Origin: Vermamoeba vermiformis
Taxonomy: Eukaryota
Direction of reading: 5' to 3'
DNA: 63,213 bases
Assembly: GCA_045837725.1 (NCBI GenBank)
Contig: JBEWZL010000035.1
Location: forward strand, 1-63,213
Shown here: positions 57,515 to 63,213 of the stretch, piece by piece
How the letters are laid out: the number at the start of each line of letters is the position of its first letter
How positions within the stretch are numbered: position 1 is the stretch's first letter
Translations under genes and position numbers: made by a program
Notes under the pieces: generated by a model
What the model was told of the DNA's origin: nothing
The model's input: only the letters and a program-made list of their open reading frames with translations
Databases searched by the model: none

Positions 57515-60500
57515 TTATTCAAATTCCGTACAAAGTAAAAAATAATTTTGCCGTAGTTCAGCGTCCGCCATAGTGTGATTGTTCAGAAAATGAAAGCGCA
57601 GATCCGACGGAACGACGACCACTTGTTGGGAAACGGCATCGGAAGGGACAACAATTGGCATGTCAACTTGCAATAACGGCAAGTGCGTTACGGGATCTTT
57701 GTGCCCCAAGTTTTTGTATTGAAGCTAATTATCGATTAGTATTTTTGTTCGTAAAAAAAATAACAACTTACCGCATAGATCCAATATCGACCATGATAAA
57801 GTATGACGTATTGAGTACGGGCAATGTAAGATGTATTCCGTCTAATAAATTGGAAATAATAATTGCGCTTCAGATCAAAGTGGCGCAGTTGAATACCTTC
57901 ATAGCTGGTGGCTATGAAATCGAAATTTTCCGGAAAATCAAGATCGAACCATGCGTAATACTTTTCAAACAAATGGAACATGTGATTGTCGAAGGTAAGG
58001 AGGTTAATTTTACCGGTGGCCTGAATTTTTTCGTCTTCCGATGAAGCTTGGCACAACTGTGATGCTTTTCGTAGTTCTGTTTAATGTAAATAAAGGAATA
58101 AAGGCAAATATTGGTTTTACCTGATATCTGAAGCAAGTGATAAAATACGTCCGTCGAATTCGTATTGATTGTCTTAATGCTGCGGTTGTCTCGCTCAGGT
58201 GTGAAGCAATGAAGCCAACCAGGCTTTCCTTGGTTACGGAACTGATCAACTACATGCGCAACTGCGTAATTATAAGTATTAGAAACGAAAAAATTCACGG
58301 TAAATTATTCCGTACCTTCCACGTGGGTTTTAGAGGTGATGAACGAGTCGCCATATAAAAGTATGTGAAGCCTAGTTATGTTTTCGAGATTTTGCTTTAC
58401 ATCATTGAGGTTACCGAGCTAGAATATGTCAGATCTGATCGCGCAAACGATTTTTTACTTACACTGAGTGGGGAGTGCGAAGTTGCCCGTAAATAGAATA
58501 AACAATATTCTCTAATACCAACGTAGTGATCGAAATAGGTGTGAGTTGCCTCCAAACCGAAATACTGTTGCAGATCGACCGGGATTTGTTTTCGAATGCC
58601 AATTCGACAATTGCACGGAGTTTTTGGTAGAAACACTGCAAGAACAGGTATTGCTAATCGTAACCAAAGGAACATCTGATGCCCACTGGTCAAAGAATCG
58701 TTAGATCTTGAAGGCAGATTCGATCGTGCACAATATTGACAGCGAATTAGGAAAAGCGGAGCAGAATGATTAATAAACTTTAAAAATATAATTGAATTTT
58801 CGTTGAGGGTAAAAGTAATATTATTTGAACGGAGAATTTTACGTCAAACTTTTTTTCATACCTGAAATACGGATGTCTATCAACAAAATTAACTAATCTC
58901 TCATCATCGCTTCGCATGGGGATATTTCCGACGATCATGTTAATTTCTGCAAGGTCCTGTTTTGTAAATAACGCGTATTTGACCTCACGGGTGTCGTGCA
59001 TGAAGATCTGCTGCGTTAGCTTCTTCAATTCGCCTTCCAAACATGTGTGAAAGAAATCAAAAAAGATTGTTGATGTATCAAAGGAGGGAAGATTCCAAAA
59101 TACGGAGCAATCTGAAAGATGGTAAGCAGAGAATTTCGTGTGCAAGATCTCACGTACCGTTTATACCAAAAAAAGTGCTCAGGAACGAAGATGCATAGTT
59201 TGGGAGTCGATTGTTGGCGATTTGAATAAATGCAGCGTTGTCTCGAGTGTTAGTTCTTGGTGGTGTAGCAAACACATCCGATCGGTCACCGAAACAGTGC
59301 ATGCACCATCGTTTTAGCTTTGAATAACCACCCTCCTGCGGTATGTGTTATTATGAAACAATACTGGCATATATTTCAATACCTTGAAGCACGTTATGTT
59401 TGAAATTGCTGGTAAATCTCCGATAATTCCAAAATAATCCGCTTTGCATAGAAATTGCTCCGACTTGAAGGCGTCAACAACTTGAATTCCATTCACGCGA
59501 AGGTCTTTTAGTTCGTCGACGAAGCGCTCCATAAAGAAATTGACTCCTAAGTAAAAAATTAATAAGTGTGGACTAGCGGCGGAACTTTTTACCTTTTTCC
59601 TTCAGCAAAAAACCCGGAATGAATGCCAAATCCCACCAGTTCGCCATGTCAGCTCGATAAGCTTTACCAAGAGATACTGGAATGCAACGAAGTACCCACA
59701 CGTTCTTCCACGTCAAGTTCACTTGTCGATTTCTGCACACTTTGTCGACATAAAACAGCAGAAGCAAATTTCGAGCGTCTTGTTGCATTATTGGGTTTTC
59801 GGTAAAGCGTGGAAGGTCGTGAAGATCGTGCATGCTGTTAACATTCACCGCGCGAGAAGCCTGCCATGTTTGAAGCTTTCGACTGTATTCAGGAATGCTA
59901 AAGCAGCGGCGAATGTGGTCTTTGATTCTAAATATTACAAAATGAGGTGCTATTCTCAATTAGTTTGTGAGACTTACGTTATGAATCCAATTTTGATTCG
60001 TTGAGCGCGACCGGCGAAATTTGTATCGATATACCACGGGTGGGGAGTCAGACAGTAGCCATTGCTCTTGAATGAATTTTCGAACGCTCTGATATCAGCG
60101 TATCTGATCATTTCATCCTTAGCGGCAGCCTTTTGGGCTAACTCAAGGATCTGGATCAACTGCCAACGAGGAACTCGCCATAGTCGATGTAGGGTCATTA
60201 ATTCAAAAGTGATTTTTTGTCTTTCATCAAGCGTTGCAATAACTAAAATGAGAATTAATAACCAAATATGTATTTTCCTAACTGTACGTACTTGGTTCAG
60301 TTATTTGTAGTTGGTCATCCGCTGGCGCTTGAAAGTCTTCCGCGACAGCTTGAAGAATGTCCTCTTCCATTATATCATCACTGTCCGATGAAACATCCTT
60401 CAACAATATGGTGAGTACTTTCTTAATTGGTTAAGTAACACGTACCGCTAAGATGTGAATTGTTCCGTAATGAGTAGCTAAGCGATCATAGCGATCGCAC

Positions 60501-60532
60501 GTATAGGGGCATTTGGGGCAATAATAAGTCAT
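57515..60532 (-). CDS. CACTA/EnSpm-type (Tnp2-like) DDE transposase, multi-exon
   Basis: N-terminal C2H2 (CPKC..H..H); LFYVD; FMERFVDELKDLRVNG; IIGDLPA; FDFFHTCLEG; KTH..HVVDQ..G..HCFTPER. Confidence 0.85.
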
Positions 60533-60768
60533 ATTGAAGCGTTGTGATTTGTGTTGTTTTGTTTGAAAAAATTGTTTTATAACAAAATGTTTGGGTTAGT
60601 GCTCCAGTAAATTTCCTTCAAATTCACCGTAATAGGAAGATTCTGTATTTGTCCGGGGTTATCATTCCAATGCGTTTATTAACGCTGATAATCCTTGTGG
60701 ATTGGAGTATCCCCAATGCCGAAAACAAGCTCCGTGGATCGAATGGTTTTTCACCATTACAAGTAAAC

Positions 60769-62983
60769 ATGGAAACAATAAAAGCGGAAAACAATTCGAT
60801 TTTATTCAATACCAACAACATTAACAACCATGTCCTCATTTTATACTTCAATGGGTCGCCGATCTGTCATTATGTCGGGGATCACGAAACATTCCAGGGT
60901 AAGCAAATAATCGTTAGTTAAATTAAATATCTAATATTATATTAATACTATAGGAGCTAACACTGCTTTTGCGGGATCTAAAAAAAGATCTGAATCGAAA
61001 ATTTATTATGTCAATCAAACATCTACAAACGATTCCCAACACAATCTATCGAGACAGCGAGTTTTACAATGGTAAATAATTTATCCTAGTTCTAAACAAA
61101 ATATTAATCGTATTTAAATAGAAAATATTCGCAACAACGACTTCGCTGACGTTATCAAGAAGTTTATTGCTTCTCGTACATCAAAAGAGTTCAGAAATGC
61201 ACTCGAGTCGGGTATGGGCATCAAGATTCTGCAGCGAATCATACGAAACCGCATGTGGGAGTTCCTCCGTGGTCGATTGCGACAATACCACGTGGTAAGT
61301 TGAATTTACCTTATTTGGCAAACGTTGTAACTTATTGTACAAGCACGGATTGCAACATTTCCTTGGTAATGACTTCGACGACATCGATGACGAAGACATG
61401 GACGATGATGCCAATGCTGAAAACGACGAAATGTCTGACTGGTGCGTAACATTAAGTTTAAATCTATTGATAACACGTTTGTAAAGCGAGTCGCCACCAG
61501 TTTCGCCCAAGCCTGGTACGAAGCAAGTGACCAAGTCAAATGGTTCTCCTCAACCGCCCAGCCCTCCTCACCGTACACGTGCGACAACGCTAAAGGCCAC
61601 TCAATCGTCATCTCCCAGCACTGGAAATCACAATGGTGTTGCCAACACTGTGCAACCTGCTGCCTCGAACACTAATCAACGGTTCACGTCAAAATCCAAG
61701 TCTCCTCGTGGTCCAAACAACAACACGCCTCCCGATTCACCACGAACGAATGAGAAGCCATCGACGGAGCCAAAAAGAAAACAACAGGGTAAAGCCAAGT
61801 CACTTCCATCTGAAGAGCCAACCACTCAGTAAGTTTGACGAAATTACGATCGTAATTGACGCATACTAAATAACTATCAGGAATGCGTCCGAGAAATTGA
61901 TGTTGTTGGTTACGTTCGACAGCGCTCCAGAATATCACTTCGATATTACAAACACCAATGAGTTACGACTGGTCGGTAGCGATCAAATATTTACACCTCC
62001 TTCAACTGGCTCCACTTCAATGTTAATTGGTTCCTACAACCTTGCGGTAAGCATCGGTGCAATTTTGATCGTTGTTAACGCAAATTATGACTTAGGGCCT
62101 GGTTGCACTTTCTGGCTGCGCTTTCAAGGTACGGAAACTTCGTCAAAATAAATTCTAATTGCATTTAAGAGCATTCTTATGCTGACAACAAGACAACGAG
62201 TGTCGTTGATGTTTTCGACGGAAGGAGATGAGTTTTTTTCCGTTGCTGCACCATACGTTGATCGAAACACCCGCTTTTATGCTGTAAGTTAGCCTGCTTA
62301 ATGATATGAAATAGTAATCTCTGCTAGACGGCGATCGATCTATCATTCGCTTCAGAAACCGTTTTGACGCCTGAAAGGCTTCAGCGACGCTTTCACGTAT
62401 GTATTACGCTGCTATTCAAACTAAGACTCACCAAGAATCAGATGTTCCTGTGCATGCTCTCCGCTTACGCGTTCAAAAACGCTCCGAAGAAATTTATACC
62501 TCTATTGAAGAGCACGTTCGCAATTGATATACCTGTGAGTTACCATCAATTTCACTGCCACTTTCTAACGATAACAGGATTTGACTCGCGATGCCTTAAT
62601 CGCTGCCATATCAGAACTGCCCTTTGCGACAATCCGAGACAGTTGCTACAAGTTCGTTCACAATGCAGCATCGATGTTCGATCTTCAAGTGATGCCTTCA
62701 TTCACCTTGATGAACGCACGCTCGGGAGCGATTGAAGAAGTTCAACCGTCGCAGAACGATTATGAAAAAACATTAATGCATATTGGTGTCAATCTGCTTG
62801 CTCCTGAAGACGCGCACAACGCTGCATATCCGATGACAGAAGCGTTATTTCAAGTAATGCACAATTATTAGAACTGATTAACTAATTAGTTCGTAGAGAG
62901 TTGTCCTGTTAAAAGAGAGTGCTGTTTCTTCGACAAAACAGTTCCGTGAGCTCTTCAACGATGTTTCCGCTCTTTTTAACTAA
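60769..62983 (+). CDS. second transposon-borne gene, unknown function, divergent from the transposase
   Basis: Splice-compatible exons from METIKAEN through a Pro/Ser-rich linker to FNDVSALFN*; lies inside the TIRs. Confidence 0.6.
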
Positions 62984-63213
62984 CGACCAGCTGCTGGCAT
63001 GTTTCTAACTCTTCTTTAATTATAATTTTTAAATATACATTGAGAACTATTAATTATTAATATAAGAAAAATAATAACAAACGCTTGTAATAATATCTAT
63101 TGTATTTTTAAACACTGTTTATTAAAACGTTGTTTCCAATAAACACAAGTTTTTTAAACACAGTTTTCCTGGCAGGATTTTTCATTCGAAAAACAGCGTG
63201 TTTTACACCACAG

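Larger units (their letters stand above)
57434..63213. mobile_element. EnSpm/CACTA-superfamily DNA transposon with CACTG termini
   Basis: Left end CACTGTGGTTAAAACACAATGTTTTT; window end reverse-complements to CTGTGGTGTAAAACACGCTGTTTTT; subterminal AAAC..GTTT repeats at both ends; encodes a transposase. Confidence 0.88.

Overview
Gene-dense eukaryotic DNA with many short spliceosomal introns (about 40-70 nt, GT-AG, strong CTAAC branch points, a few GC-AG). It comes from a unicellular eukaryote, plausibly an amoebozoan-type protist (inference). The ORF track shows only exon fragments, so I assembled about 20 multi-exon genes by hand; exon boundaries are approximate. Housekeeping genes: ABCC transporter, OSCA/TMEM63 channel, DUF1445 D-glutamate-cyclase-like protein, RPS2, HIBCH, aminopeptidase P, SDR39U1-like epimerase, ankyrin protein. 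Highlights: (1) a plexin-like receptor (signal peptide, beta-propeller, 7 PSI and 6 IPT domains, TM helix, unsplit RasGAP); (2) a carboxylic acid reductase (A-T-R) fused to an N-terminal ZZ zinc finger, 118 bp upstream of the ABCC exporter; (3) an apparently intact CACTG-ended EnSpm/CACTA transposon inserted into an intronless giant-virus-like gene; (4) a CpG-eroded left flank with a CGA>TGA-decayed pseudogene and a sharp CpG boundary; (5) a TA-flanked MITE, a 44-aa zinc-finger micro-ORF and several bacterial-looking secreted or enzyme genes. Family assignments come from motif recognition only; no database searches were run.
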